Source: an uncultured Spirochaetota bacterium (lineage in GTDB: Bacteria; Spirochaetota; UBA4802; UBA5550). Taken from it: a stretch of 64,000 nucleotides of DNA. Under the pieces are notes generated by a model. It made no database searches. It had not been told where the DNA came from and saw only the letters and a program-made list of their open reading frames with translations. The stretch spans positions 64,001 through 128,000 of the forward strand of contig CAWHAA010000009.1 of the NCBI GenBank assembly GCA_963827275.1, written 5' to 3'. How positions within the stretch are numbered: position 1 is the stretch's first letter; each line of letters opens with the position of its first letter. This document shows, piece after piece, positions 51,077 through 60,914 of the stretch. Made by a program: the position numbers and the translations under genes.

Positions 51077-52906
51077 ATGAAACAGGAAACAATCAATAAA
51101 ACAATACAGAAATACAATGCCGCGTCAGAGCATATGATGCTTATCCTGCGTGACCTGGAAGTCCAGTCCGGCAAGAACGTGCTGGACGTTCAGACGCTGC
51201 GATCAGTCGCGGAACAGATGAATGTCCCCGAAAGCGCGGTCGCCGGGTTTGTCGGGTTCTACACCATGTTTAAAACGGAACCGCGCGCGAAGTTCGTCAT
51301 CCGGGTGTGCAAGTCGGGCCCCTGCCATGTCATGGGTTCCACCACGGTATTCGACGCCATACAGAAGCACCTCGGCATCGGTATCGGCGAGGCGACGAAA
51401 GACGGGCTGTTCTTTCTTGAAAAATGCGAGTGCCTCGGGGTCTGCTCCGTGGCGCCGGCGATGATGGTCAATTACGATATCCACGGAAACCTCACCCCGA
51501 AGAAAATCGTTTCACTGCTGAATACCTACAAAAAAATGAAGCCCTCTCTGCTGGAATCTTGCGGAGACGAGGTCGAGGGGAAGAACTGCATCATCGAAGA
51601 ACCGAAGCAGACGAAGCGCCTGCTCGCGGACATCGGGAAGGTCGATCCCCTTGCGATAGACAGCTATATCTCGGCGGGAGGATACGGTCCGCTCAAAAAA
51701 TCATTATCGATGGACCCCGGAACGGTCGTGGGCCTGGTCAAGGACTCCGGCCTCCGCGGCAGGGGCGGCGCGGGGTTCCCGGCCGGAATGAAATGGTCGT
51801 TTGTCGGGAAGGGCCCGATGCAGAAATATGTGATATGCAACGCTGACGAGGGGGAGCCCGGCACCTTCAAAGACCGGATCCTCATGGAAGAAAACCCGCA
51901 CCTGCTGCTCGAGGGGATGGCCATCTGCGGTCATGCGATCGGCGCGACCGTGGGCTATATCTATATCAGGGGAGAGTACCGGCGTTCGATCGAACGGCTC
52001 CAGAGGGCCATTGATCAGGCGCGCGAAAAGGGTGTCCTCGGGAAAAACATATACGGGTCCGGGTTTGATTTCGATGTGTATATAAAAGAAGGGGGCGGGG
52101 CCTACGTATGCGGCGAGGAGACCTCCCTCATCAATTCAATGGAAGGGAAGAGGGGGTATCCCCGCTTCAAGCCGCCGTTCCCGGGCGGGGCCGGCTTCAA
52201 TAATCTTCCTTCAAACGTCAATAACGTTGAGACGCTCATGTCGGTACCCATGATCATCGATAAGGGCCCCGAGTGGTATAAATCCGTCGGTCCGACGAAC
52301 TGCTCCGGCACCAAGCTGTACTGCCTTTCCGGACAGCTTAACCGGACGGGCCTGGTGGAGCTGCCCATGGGCGCGACCCTGAAAGAGATCATCAACGTAT
52401 ACGGGAAGGGGATGCCGAAGGGAAAGAAATTCAAGTTCGCGCAGGTAGGCGGAAGCGCCGGCGGCATTCTCGGCAAGGACCTTATGGACCTGCCGCTTGA
52501 CATCGACCAGCCGATAAAGCAGGGGGTAACCCTTGGCTCCGGCGTCGTCCTGGTGTGCGACGACAAAACGTGCGCGGTCGATTTTCTTCTGCAGATAATG
52601 AGCTTCTTCGAGCACGAGTCGTGCGGGCAGTGCGTCCCCTGCCGCGTGGGCACGTCGCACCTCCACCATCTGGTAAAGAAATTCGCCTCGCGGACCGCGG
52701 TCCCGGCGGATATCGATCTTCTGGTGGAAAAGGCGACGGTCATGAAAAAGGCGTCGCTGTGCGCGCTCGGCCAGTCGCCAATCATGCCCATTACCACGAC
52801 GCTGAAATACTTCAGGAAAGAGTTCCTGGAGCACTGTGATCCGAAACACAAATGCCCGCAATGCGACAGGTCGCTAAGCCGGTATTATGCCGGCGGCGGG
52901 CATTGA
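51077..52906 (+). CDS. NuoE-NuoF fused NADH-binding (diaphorase) subunit of the formate dehydrogenase
   Basis: NuoE 'VCKSGPCH…CECLGVCSVAP'; NuoF 'LRGRGGAGFP', 'NADEGEPGTFKDR', 'YVCGEET', 'ESCGQCVPCR…SLCALG'. Confidence 0.92.
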   Translation: MKQETINKTIQKYNAASEHMMLILRDLEVQSGKNVLDVQTLRSVAEQMNVPESAVAGFVGFYTMFKTEPRAKFVIRVCKSGPCHVMGSTTVFDAIQKHLGIGIGEATKDGLFFLEKCECLGVCSVAPAMMVNYDIHGNLTPKKIVSLLNTYKKMKPSLLESCGDEVEGKNCIIEEPKQTKRLLADIGKVDPLAIDSYISAGGYGPLKKSLSMDPGTVVGLVKDSGLRGRGGAGFPAGMKWSFVGKGPMQKYVICNADEGEPGTFKDRILMEENPHLLLEGMAICGHAIGATVGYIYIRGEYRRSIERLQRAIDQAREKGVLGKNIYGSGFDFDVYIKEGGGAYVCGEETSLINSMEGKRGYPRFKPPFPGGAGFNNLPSNVNNVETLMSVPMIIDKGPEWYKSVGPTNCSGTKLYCLSGQLNRTGLVELPMGATLKEIINVYGKGMPKGKKFKFAQVGGSAGGILGKDLMDLPLDIDQPIKQGVTLGSGVVLVCDDKTCAVDFLLQIMSFFEHESCGQCVPCRVGTSHLHHLVKKFASRTAVPADIDLLVEKATVMKKASLCALGQSPIMPITTTLKYFRKEFLEHCDPKHKCPQCDRSLSRYYAGGGH

Positions 52907-52965
52907 TGTTATAAACATTAATAACACTTATACTAATAGGTGATCAGAAAAAATTTGGAGGAAAT

Positions 52966-54243
52966 ATGAGTAACGAGAACCTGGAATCAAAAAGATGGCT
53001 GATTGCCATCGCGGCTGTTGTCATACAGCTCTGCCTCGGTACCGTGTACGCATGGTCTGTTTTTAAACTGCCATTGATGGACATGTGGGGCTGGGACGGA
53101 AAGACGGTGCAGTATACTTTCATGCTGCTGATGCTCATCATTGGTCTTGCAGCCGCCTTCGGCGGAACGCTGGTGCTTAAAAAAGGCCCCCGTTTCGTGG
53201 CTACCATCGGCGGTATTCTCTTCGGTATTGGAACCCTGGTCGCAGGTTATGCTGCCCAGACAGGAAACATTGCTCTTCTCTATCTCGGCTTTGGCGTAAT
53301 CGCGGCCCTCGGTAATGGTTTCGGATATGTTACTCCTATCGCGACGCTGATCCAATGGTTCCCTGACAAGCGCGGCCTGGTTACCGGCCTTGCCGTTATG
53401 GGTTTCGGCGCCGGCGCATTTTTCATGGGAAAAATTGCACCTGCCATGATCAAAGCGTACAATGTGGTTGATGAAGCCGGCAAGGTCACTTCTACCGGTG
53501 TGGCCATGACCTGGTATATCTGGGGCATTATTTTTCTTGTTCTTGTTGTGGGCGCGGCCCAGATGTTCAAGAACCCGCCAAAGGGATGGCTGCCTGCCGG
53601 ATTTACACCTGCCAAGACATCCGTTTCCGCCGCTGATTCCTTCCAGTTCGGCGAAGCGGTGAAAAGGCCCCAGTGGTGGATGCTGTGGGCAATGCTCTGC
53701 CTCAACGTCTCAGCCGGTCTTGGACTTATTTCCCAGCACTCTCCGCTGGCGCAAAAAATGTTTACTTTTTCAAACCCGGATGTAGTCGATGCGGCGGTTA
53801 TAGCAGCTGCCGGCGGGACCGTTGTGGCTGTTGCCGCCATATTTAACGGTCTTGGAAGGCTCTTCTGGGCAAAACTTTCAGACAATATCGGCCGCAAGAT
53901 GGTCTTCATGATCATGTTCGCAACCCAGGCCGTTTTGTATCTGCTCGTTGCCCTGGGCTATGTACCGAGTTACACGCTCTTCCTCGTGGTGTCCTGCTAC
54001 CTGCTCGCATGCTACGGCGGCGGATTCGCCACCATGCCTGCGTTTGCGGCTGACTCCTTCGGCCCGGCCTATATCGGCAAGGTCTATGGATTCATGCTCA
54101 CTGCCTGGAGCGCTGCCGGTATTATCGGTCCCCTTGTTTTCGAGGCATTTAAACCCCAGGCGCTGTATATTGCAGCCGGTCTTTTAACTGTTGGTTTTCT
54201 GATTGCCCTGGTCTACAAGGCACCTAAAGGTAAAAACGCATAA
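52966..54243 (+). CDS. OFA family MFS transporter (oxalate/formate antiporter-like)
   Basis: 'CLGTVYAWSVF', 'WFPDKRGLVTGLAVMGFG', 'FNGLGRLFW', 'YGGGFATMPA'; about 12 TM. Confidence 0.9.
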   Translation: MSNENLESKRWLIAIAAVVIQLCLGTVYAWSVFKLPLMDMWGWDGKTVQYTFMLLMLIIGLAAAFGGTLVLKKGPRFVATIGGILFGIGTLVAGYAAQTGNIALLYLGFGVIAALGNGFGYVTPIATLIQWFPDKRGLVTGLAVMGFGAGAFFMGKIAPAMIKAYNVVDEAGKVTSTGVAMTWYIWGIIFLVLVVGAAQMFKNPPKGWLPAGFTPAKTSVSAADSFQFGEAVKRPQWWMLWAMLCLNVSAGLGLISQHSPLAQKMFTFSNPDVVDAAVIAAAGGTVVAVAAIFNGLGRLFWAKLSDNIGRKMVFMIMFATQAVLYLLVALGYVPSYTLFLVVSCYLLACYGGGFATMPAFAADSFGPAYIGKVYGFMLTAWSAAGIIGPLVFEAFKPQALYIAAGLLTVGFLIALVYKAPKGKNA

Positions 54244-54256
54244 TCAGTAACATGGA

Positions 54257-54299
54257 CGCCAGGATCCCGGGATAGCCCGGGGTCCTGGCGCTTTTCTTT
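54257..54299 (+). terminator. Intrinsic terminator after the fdh operon
   Basis: CGCCAGGATCCCGGG-ATAG-CCCGGGGTCCTGGCG followed by CTTTTCTTT. Confidence 0.82.
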
Positions 54300-54345
54300 C
54301 TCCGCATGCTGATGCGGATACTGTGAGCAAAAGGGGACGGTGCAT

Positions 54346-54813
54346 ATGGAAAATGTAACACTTGAGAATCTTATTGATAAGGCTATATTGAGAGAGGAAG
54401 AGGCTTTCGATTTTTATGCGAAGCTGGGAAACACCGTCGCCGACCCAATGGCAAAAGACGCGTTAAAGTTTCTCGCCGATCAGGAGAAAAAGCACAAGGA
54501 ATTTCTCGTGTCATATAAAAGCGGGAAAACCGGCTCCGGCGCGCTGAGAATGACGGATGTCATCGATTATAAAGTCGCACAGCACCTCGATAAGCCGGAC
54601 ATTGAGAAAAATCTTGATTCGAAGGATGTCTACCTCGTGGCCGCCCACCGTGAGATGAATTCATACAACTTTTACAAGGGACTGGCTGATATTCAGCCCG
54701 AGGGTGAGGTAAAAGAGATGCTTCTCAAAATGGCCAATGAAGAGATGAAGCACAAGGAAAAAGTCGAATACCTGTATTCGAACACGGCATTTACCCAGAC
54801 CCAGGGCGGCTGA
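54346..54813 (+). CDS. Rubrerythrin/ferritin-like di-iron protein
   Basis: Two 'E…Y…ExxH' helix pairs: 'REEEAFDFY…QEKKH' and 'REMNSYNFY…EEMKH'. Confidence 0.85.
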   Translation: MENVTLENLIDKAILREEEAFDFYAKLGNTVADPMAKDALKFLADQEKKHKEFLVSYKSGKTGSGALRMTDVIDYKVAQHLDKPDIEKNLDSKDVYLVAAHREMNSYNFYKGLADIQPEGEVKEMLLKMANEEMKHKEKVEYLYSNTAFTQTQGG

Positions 54814-54880
54814 TTTTCGGCGAACGATATACGGGTGAGCAATTATACGGATAGTTTATTACGTCACTGGAGGAGTATGT

Positions 54881-55255
54881 ATGTCTGAAAAAAAACTGAT
54901 ATTGGTAATTGACGATGATATCGATATCGTCGATTCAATCAAGGTTGTTCTTGAAAAAAACGGCTTTGATGTGGCCACGGCAATGAGCGGACATGAAGGA
55001 ATAGACGCAGCAATACAAAAAAAACCTGATTTAATCCTCTGCGACATGATGATGGAACGGATCGACGAGGGCTCGAAGGTGGCGGAGGAGCTTAAAAAAA
55101 AGGGCGTACCCGCTCCCATTTTCCTGCTCAGCAGCATCGGTGATGCGACCGCGGCAAATATTGATGTAGATAATCTTGGTTTCAAGGGTGTTTTCCAGAA
55201 ACCGGTAAAATCAGACTATCTGGTATGGGCCATTAAGAAGACACTCAATATGTGA
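54881..55255 (+). CDS. Stand-alone response regulator receiver protein
   Basis: 'ILVIDDD', 'PDLILCDMMM', 'LLSS', 'QKPV'; GGAGG RBS. Confidence 0.92.
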   Translation: MSEKKLILVIDDDIDIVDSIKVVLEKNGFDVATAMSGHEGIDAAIQKKPDLILCDMMMERIDEGSKVAEELKKKGVPAPIFLLSSIGDATAANIDVDNLGFKGVFQKPVKSDYLVWAIKKTLNM

Positions 55256-55417
55256 GTATGGCATCATGAGCAGAAGCGGTTATACGACGGGTGTTGCGTA
55301 AATTATTTTTCGATGTTTACACGCCATATGTTATCATACCGATAATCCCGAAAATATCTATCTTGTTGTCTTTACCTCATTATTGAAAAGCATACAAAAA
55401 ATTCAAAAAGAGGAACT

Positions 55418-57229
55418 ATGGATGGCATGGGCAATGTAGTCGAAAGAGCTGTAAAAAAACATGGCGCGCATGCCTCCGCATTGATTGATATTTTACGAGA
55501 TGTACAGGGCGAATTGGGATACATTCCGGATGAGGCATCGGCACTGGTTGCGGAGAGTCTTTCTATCTCAAAAATCGATGTCGATGGCGTTGTCTCCTTC
55601 TATCATTTATTTTCCCGTGACCACCGCGGGAAGTATACAGTCTACCTGAACAACAGTGCCGTGGCCGTCATGAAGGGGAGGGAGGCCGTGGCGCGGGCCT
55701 TCGAAAAAGCGGCAGGGTGCTCGTTCGGCACAACAACATTTGATGCCCAGATCGGCCTCTATGACACGTCAGATATCGGCATGAACGACCAGGAACCCGC
55801 GGCGCTGATAAACGGAATCGTGTTTACCAACCTTACCCCCGAAAAGGCGAAAGACCTCGTGTTCCAGATGAAGGCCGGCAAGAATGTCGCGTCCATGGTC
55901 AAGGAGAGCGGTGAGGGCCGGAACAGGTCCGATCTTATCCGCGCCATGGTGAAGAACAATATCCGGAAGCATGGCCAGGTGGTCTTTGTCCCGTATGAAG
56001 CCGGCTCCGGCATAAGAAAAGCGCTCGCCATGACGCCGGAAGAAGTGATTGATGAGGTGAAAAAATCAAACCTCCGCGGACGCGGCGGTGCGGGATTCCC
56101 CACCGGGATGAAATGGGACTTCACGCGCAACGCAAAGGGCAAGAAAGCCTATATTATCTGCAACGGTGACGAGGGTGAACCGGGGACCTTCAAGGACCGC
56201 GTGATTTTAACCGAAAGAACTGAAATGCTTTTTGACGGGATGGCGGTAGCGGGATATGCGATCGGCGCCGCCGAGGGAATCCTCTACCTCCGGGCGGAGT
56301 ACGAATACTTATTGAAGCACCTTGAAAGCGTGCGTGACTCTATGCGGAAAAACAACTTGCTGGGGAAGCACATCGCGGGCAGGAGGGGCTTCAATTTTGA
56401 TATAACAATCAAGCTCGGCGCCGGCGCCTATATATGCGGCGAAGAGTCGGCGCTCATAGCGTCTGCGGAGGGCAAGCGCGGCGAGCCCCGCAACCGGCCG
56501 CCGTTCCCGCCGCAGAGCGGGTACTTCGGACACCCGACTTCCGTGAATAATGTGGAGAGCCTCTGCGCGGTCGCGCGGATCATGGTGCAGAGCGCCGTGT
56601 GGTTCACCAAGATGGGCACCTCCCAGTCGTTCGGCACCAAGGTGCTGTCGCTCTCCGGCGACTGTGCCAGGCCGGGCATCTACGAGGTCGAGTTCGGCGC
56701 CACGCTGCAGAGCCTTCTTGACGAGGCGGGCGGCTCGGACGCCGTGGCCGTTCAGGTGGGCGGCCCGTCCGGTACGTGCGTGGGGCGGAAGGATTTCGGG
56801 AAGCAGATATCCTTCGAGGAGCTCGCCACCGGCGGCTCGATCATCATCATCGGTCCGGACCGCGATCTTCTCGATATCGTGCATAATTTCATGGAATTTT
56901 TTGTCGAGGAATCATGCGGCTGGTGCACGCCCTGCCGCGCCGGCAACATGATCCTGAAAAAGAAGCTCGAGAAAATAATGGCGGGCAAGGGGACCGGAAC
57001 CGACCTGAATGAAATGGAGCAATGGTGCCGGCTCGTCAAGGCGACGAGCCGCTGCGGGCTCGGGCAGACATCGCCCAATCCGATAGCGTCCACCATCGAA
57101 AATTTCCGGGAAGTCTACGAGGCGAAATTGCAGAAGGGCGTTGACTTTGCGACCGAGTTCGACCTGGGCAAGGCGGTGCAGGAGTACTGCAGGGCGGCGG
57201 GAAGAAAACCAGGCATCGAGATATATTAA
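55418..57229 (+). CDS. hoxF: NAD-reducing hydrogenase diaphorase large subunit
   Basis: NuoE-like N-term lacking the [2Fe-2S] cysteines ('VYLNNS…TSDIGMNDQEPAALING', as in HoxF), plus NuoF motifs 'LRGRGGAGFPTG', 'GDEGEPGTFKDR', 'ESCGWCTPCR'. Confidence 0.92.
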   Translation: MDGMGNVVERAVKKHGAHASALIDILRDVQGELGYIPDEASALVAESLSISKIDVDGVVSFYHLFSRDHRGKYTVYLNNSAVAVMKGREAVARAFEKAAGCSFGTTTFDAQIGLYDTSDIGMNDQEPAALINGIVFTNLTPEKAKDLVFQMKAGKNVASMVKESGEGRNRSDLIRAMVKNNIRKHGQVVFVPYEAGSGIRKALAMTPEEVIDEVKKSNLRGRGGAGFPTGMKWDFTRNAKGKKAYIICNGDEGEPGTFKDRVILTERTEMLFDGMAVAGYAIGAAEGILYLRAEYEYLLKHLESVRDSMRKNNLLGKHIAGRRGFNFDITIKLGAGAYICGEESALIASAEGKRGEPRNRPPFPPQSGYFGHPTSVNNVESLCAVARIMVQSAVWFTKMGTSQSFGTKVLSLSGDCARPGIYEVEFGATLQSLLDEAGGSDAVAVQVGGPSGTCVGRKDFGKQISFEELATGGSIIIIGPDRDLLDIVHNFMEFFVEESCGWCTPCRAGNMILKKKLEKIMAGKGTGTDLNEMEQWCRLVKATSRCGLGQTSPNPIASTIENFREVYEAKLQKGVDFATEFDLGKAVQEYCRAAGRKPGIEIY

Positions 57230-57237
57230 ATACCGCT

Positions 57238-57933
57238 ATGAGTAAAATAACGTTCGAAATAGACGGAAAAGAATGCACCGGCAAGGCGGGCCAGACGATC
57301 GTCGAGGCTGCCCGCGTAAACGGTATATATATTCCTGTGCTCTGCTGGTACGAGGGGCTGAAGCCTGCCGGGGCCTGCCGCATCTGCACGGTGAAGGTCG
57401 GGGGCCGGAACATGGCCGCCTGCACCACGCCGGTGGCGGAGGGGATGATCGTTGAGAACGCGGTTCCCGAGCTGGAAGACATGCGCAAGGCGATCGTCGA
57501 AATGCTGTTCGTAGAGGGCAACCACATGTGCCCCGCCTGCGAAAAGAGCGGCAATTGCGAGCTGCAGGCATTGGGGTACCGGTACCAGCTCCTTGCGCCC
57601 CGGTTTCCCTATCTCTTTCCGAAGCGCACAATGGATGCGGCATACACGAAGATCATGATCGACAACAACCGGTGCGTCCAGTGCCGGCGGTGCGTGCGAG
57701 GTATCGTTACGAAGGATGGGAAACACATTTTCTCGATGATGAACAGGTCGGGTCGTTCGACGATTGTTGCCGATCCGGTGCTTGAAGCGGTCATGTCCGA
57801 AGAAATGGCGCGCAAAGCAATGGACCAGTGTCCGGTTGGCGCGATCTTGAAGAAAGAAGTCGGCTTCGAGGTGCCCATCGGCAGGCGCAGGTTCGACAGG
57901 GCGCCTATCGGCAGCGAAATCCCGGCAAAATAG
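57238..57933 (+). CDS. hoxU: NAD-reducing hydrogenase Fe-S subunit
   Basis: 'GACRICTV', 'EGNHMCPACEKSGNCELQ', 'NRCVQCRRCVR', 'CPVGAI'. Confidence 0.92.
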   Translation: MSKITFEIDGKECTGKAGQTIVEAARVNGIYIPVLCWYEGLKPAGACRICTVKVGGRNMAACTTPVAEGMIVENAVPELEDMRKAIVEMLFVEGNHMCPACEKSGNCELQALGYRYQLLAPRFPYLFPKRTMDAAYTKIMIDNNRCVQCRRCVRGIVTKDGKHIFSMMNRSGRSTIVADPVLEAVMSEEMARKAMDQCPVGAILKKEVGFEVPIGRRRFDRAPIGSEIPAK

Positions 57934-57946
57934 GAAGGGAGGTAAC

Positions 57947-58489
57947 ATGGCGGGCAAACCAGTTGTGGCCACAGCATCCCTGGCCGGTTGTTTCGGATGC
58001 CACATGTCCTTGCTGGACATAGATGAGAGGATACTGCAGCTCATCGAACTTGTCGAATTCAACAAGTCGCCGATTGATGATATAAAGAGATTCACGAAGC
58101 CGGTGGATGTCGGCATCATCGAAGGTGGGTGCTGCAACAGCGAGAACGTGGAGAACCTTGTCGGGTTCCGCAAGAATTGCAAGGTGCTGATTTCCCTGGG
58201 AGAATGCGCCATAATGGGGGGGCTGCCCGCAATGCGGAACGGCATTGCCATCAGGGAGTGTCTCGAGGAGTCATATCTCAACTGCCTTACCGTGGACGAC
58301 AAGATCATCCCCAATGATCCTGAAATCCCCATGATACTGGACAGGGTATATCCCCTGCATGAAATTGTGAAGATCGACTATTACCTTCCCGGTTGCCCTC
58401 CGCGCGCGGACCTGATATGGGAAGCGCTGACGGCGCTCCTTTCCGGAAGGCCCCTCAGTATCCCGCATGATGCGTTACGGTACGATTAA
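57947..58489 (+). CDS. hoxY: [NiFe] hydrogenase small subunit
   Basis: 'LAGCFGCHMS', 'GECA', 'LPGCPP'; single-cluster 180-aa form. Confidence 0.93.
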   Translation: MAGKPVVATASLAGCFGCHMSLLDIDERILQLIELVEFNKSPIDDIKRFTKPVDVGIIEGGCCNSENVENLVGFRKNCKVLISLGECAIMGGLPAMRNGIAIRECLEESYLNCLTVDDKIIPNDPEIPMILDRVYPLHEIVKIDYYLPGCPPRADLIWEALTALLSGRPLSIPHDALRYD

Positions 58490-58500
58490 GTGAGACGATC

Positions 58501-59952
58501 ATGACGAGAAAGATAACGATTGATCCGGTGACACGGGTCGAGGGACACGGGAAGGTGACCATACAGCTCGACGATGACAACAACGTGGTCCAATCGCGTC
58601 TCCATATCGTTGAGTTCCGCGGTTTTGAGCGCTTTGTCCAGGGCCGGCCCTACTGGGAGGCCCCGGTGCTGGTGCAGCGGCTGTGCGGTATCTGCCCGGT
58701 GAGCCATCACCTGGCCGCGGCCAAGGCGATGGATGTGATCGTGGGCGCGGGGACCGGCGATGGCCTCACGCCTACCGGTGAGAAGATGCGGCGGCTCATG
58801 CATTACGGCCAGACCTTTCAGTCCCATACCCTCCATTTTTTCCACCTTGCGTCGCCCGATCTCCTCTTCGGGGTCGATGCCGACCCCGCGATACGCAATA
58901 TCATCGGGATTGCCCTTGAGCACAAGGAGCTTGCCGTCCAGGCGGTGCTGATGCGCAAGTTCGGCCAGGAGATCATCAGGGCAACCGCGGGCAAGAAGAT
59001 CCATGGCACCGGCGCGATACCGGGCGGCATCAACAAGAGCCTGAGCCCTGAAGAGCGGGACGAGTTCCTGAAGGGCGCCGACCCGCTCAACGCCGACAAG
59101 ATGATTTCCTGGGCGCAGGCGGCGGTGGCCTTCTTCAAGGACTTCCATTCGAAGCATAAAGACATGATCGACAACTTCGCGGTCTTCCCGTCGAACCACC
59201 TCAGCCTGGTCCGGAAGGACGGGGCGCTCGACCTTTACCACGGGGTGCTGCGCGCTGTCGATCCCGTGGGAAAGAAGATCCTGAACGATGTTGATTACCA
59301 GGATTATTACAACCATATCGGCGAGGAGGTCAGGAGCTGGAGCTACATGAAGTTCCCCTACCTCAAGTCGATCGGCAAGAGCGACGGGTGGTACACGGTG
59401 GGTCCGCTGGCGCGGCTCAACACATGCGACTTCATCCCGACACCGCTCGCGCAGAAGGAGTTCGAGGAGTTCAAGGCCTACACGAACGGCAGGCCGAACA
59501 ACATGTCGATGCACATGCACTGGGCGCGGCTCATCGAGAACCTGCACGCGGCCGAGATGATCAAGCAGCTGCTCCTTGACAAGGACCTCCAGGGCAGGGA
59601 TCTGGTGGTAAAAGGGAATAAGGCGCATGAGGGCGTCGGCCTTATCGAGGCGCCGCGGGGCACCCTGTTCCACCATTACAGGATCAACGAGCAGGACCAG
59701 ATCGTAATGGCGAACCTGATCGTGTCCACCACTAACAACAACGAGCCCATGAACCGGGCCGTATCGCACGTGGCGAAGAGCCTGTTCACCGGCAGGGCGG
59801 AGATTACCGAGGGCATGATGAACAGCGTTGAGGTGGCCATCAGGGCGTACGACCCGTGCCTTTCATGCGCGACCCATGCGCTGGGTAAAATGCCCCTCGA
59901 GGTGGCCATGTATGACGCACGGGGCGATATCATCGACATGAAGAGTAAATAG
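58501..59952 (+). CDS. hoxH: [NiFe] hydrogenase large subunit (group 3, NAD-linked)
   Basis: 'PVTRVEGH', L1 'RLCGICPVSH', 'EAPRGTLFHHY', L2 'DPCLSCATH' followed by a cleavable C-terminal tail. Confidence 0.95.
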   Translation: MTRKITIDPVTRVEGHGKVTIQLDDDNNVVQSRLHIVEFRGFERFVQGRPYWEAPVLVQRLCGICPVSHHLAAAKAMDVIVGAGTGDGLTPTGEKMRRLMHYGQTFQSHTLHFFHLASPDLLFGVDADPAIRNIIGIALEHKELAVQAVLMRKFGQEIIRATAGKKIHGTGAIPGGINKSLSPEERDEFLKGADPLNADKMISWAQAAVAFFKDFHSKHKDMIDNFAVFPSNHLSLVRKDGALDLYHGVLRAVDPVGKKILNDVDYQDYYNHIGEEVRSWSYMKFPYLKSIGKSDGWYTVGPLARLNTCDFIPTPLAQKEFEEFKAYTNGRPNNMSMHMHWARLIENLHAAEMIKQLLLDKDLQGRDLVVKGNKAHEGVGLIEAPRGTLFHHYRINEQDQIVMANLIVSTTNNNEPMNRAVSHVAKSLFTGRAEITEGMMNSVEVAIRAYDPCLSCATHALGKMPLEVAMYDARGDIIDMKSK

Positions 59953-59957
59953 GAGCT

Positions 59958-60428
59958 ATGCGAAACAAGGTACTGGTGTACGGATACGGCAACCCGGGCC
60001 GCCAGGATGACGGCCTGGGGCCCGCCCTCGTGGAGCGCCTTGCCGCGGAGCGTCTTTCGGGCGTCGCCACGGACAGCAATTACCAGCTGCAGGTGGAGGA
60101 CGCGCTGTCGGTGTCAGAGAGCGACACGGTGATATTCGTCGACGCGGCGGTAAGCGGGGAGGAGCCTTTCTCGTTCACGGAGCTGGAACCGGCGGATGAA
60201 ATCACCTTCACCACGCACTCCGTCTCCCCCGGCTCCGTCCTGGCCCTCTGCAATGAGATGTATGGTCGGGCGGTCCGGGCCTATGTCCTCGCCATACGGG
60301 GGTACGGGTGGGAGTTCCTTGAGGAGTTGACGCCCGTGGCGCAACAGAATCTCGATCAGGCGCTCTGTTTTATAAAGAAAAAAATCGATGACATTATTAA
60401 TGCGCCCGATACTATGACATTTAATTAA
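59958..60428 (+). CDS. Hydrogenase maturation protease (HoxW-like)
   Basis: 'GYGNPGRQDDGLG', 'VIFVDA', 'TTH'. Confidence 0.9.
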   Translation: MRNKVLVYGYGNPGRQDDGLGPALVERLAAERLSGVATDSNYQLQVEDALSVSESDTVIFVDAAVSGEEPFSFTELEPADEITFTTHSVSPGSVLALCNEMYGRAVRAYVLAIRGYGWEFLEELTPVAQQNLDQALCFIKKKIDDIINAPDTMTFN

Positions 60429-60446
60429 CATCAAAGGAGTTATCAA

Positions 60447-60824
60447 ATGGCAGAAAAGAAAAAGATACTCGTTATCGATGACGATATTGACATTACCGAA
60501 TCGATCAAGGCGGTCCTCGCGGCACACGGTTTTGAAGCGTTCGCGGCGACCAACAGCAGGGACGGGGTCGATGCGGTCGATAAGGTAAAGCCGGACCTGG
60601 TTCTCTGCGACATGATGATGGAGCAGGTTGACGCCGGCTCCAGGGTCGCCCATGATATCAGGAAAAAGGACAAAAAGCTGCCCATATTTCTCTTGAGCAG
60701 CATCGGCGCGGCGACCGCGCAGAACATCGAGCTTGACAAGCTCGGCTTCAACGGGGTGTTCCAGAAGCCGGTGTCGCCCGACCAGATGATCAAGACCATA
60801 AAGAAAGCGCTTCACATGCAATGA
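60447..60824 (+). CDS. Stand-alone response regulator receiver protein (paralogue of 54881-55255)
   Basis: 'ILVIDDDID', 'PDLVLCDMMME', 'PIFLLSSIG', 'GVFQKPV'. Confidence 0.92.
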   Translation: MAEKKKILVIDDDIDITESIKAVLAAHGFEAFAATNSRDGVDAVDKVKPDLVLCDMMMEQVDAGSRVAHDIRKKDKKLPIFLLSSIGAATAQNIELDKLGFNGVFQKPVSPDQMIKTIKKALHMQ

Positions 60825-60914
60825 CATGCGCTGACCCGGAGGCGGGCCATGAACACTGCGGGCCCGTTTTCGGGTCATCTCGAGACGGGTCAATGCCGCC
60901 CCCGGCCGCTGCCG

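Noticed and set aside
58501..59952. [NiFeSe] hydrogenase, given the Sec-FDH nearby
   Set aside because: The L2 motif is DPCLSC with a TGC codon; there is no in-frame TGA.
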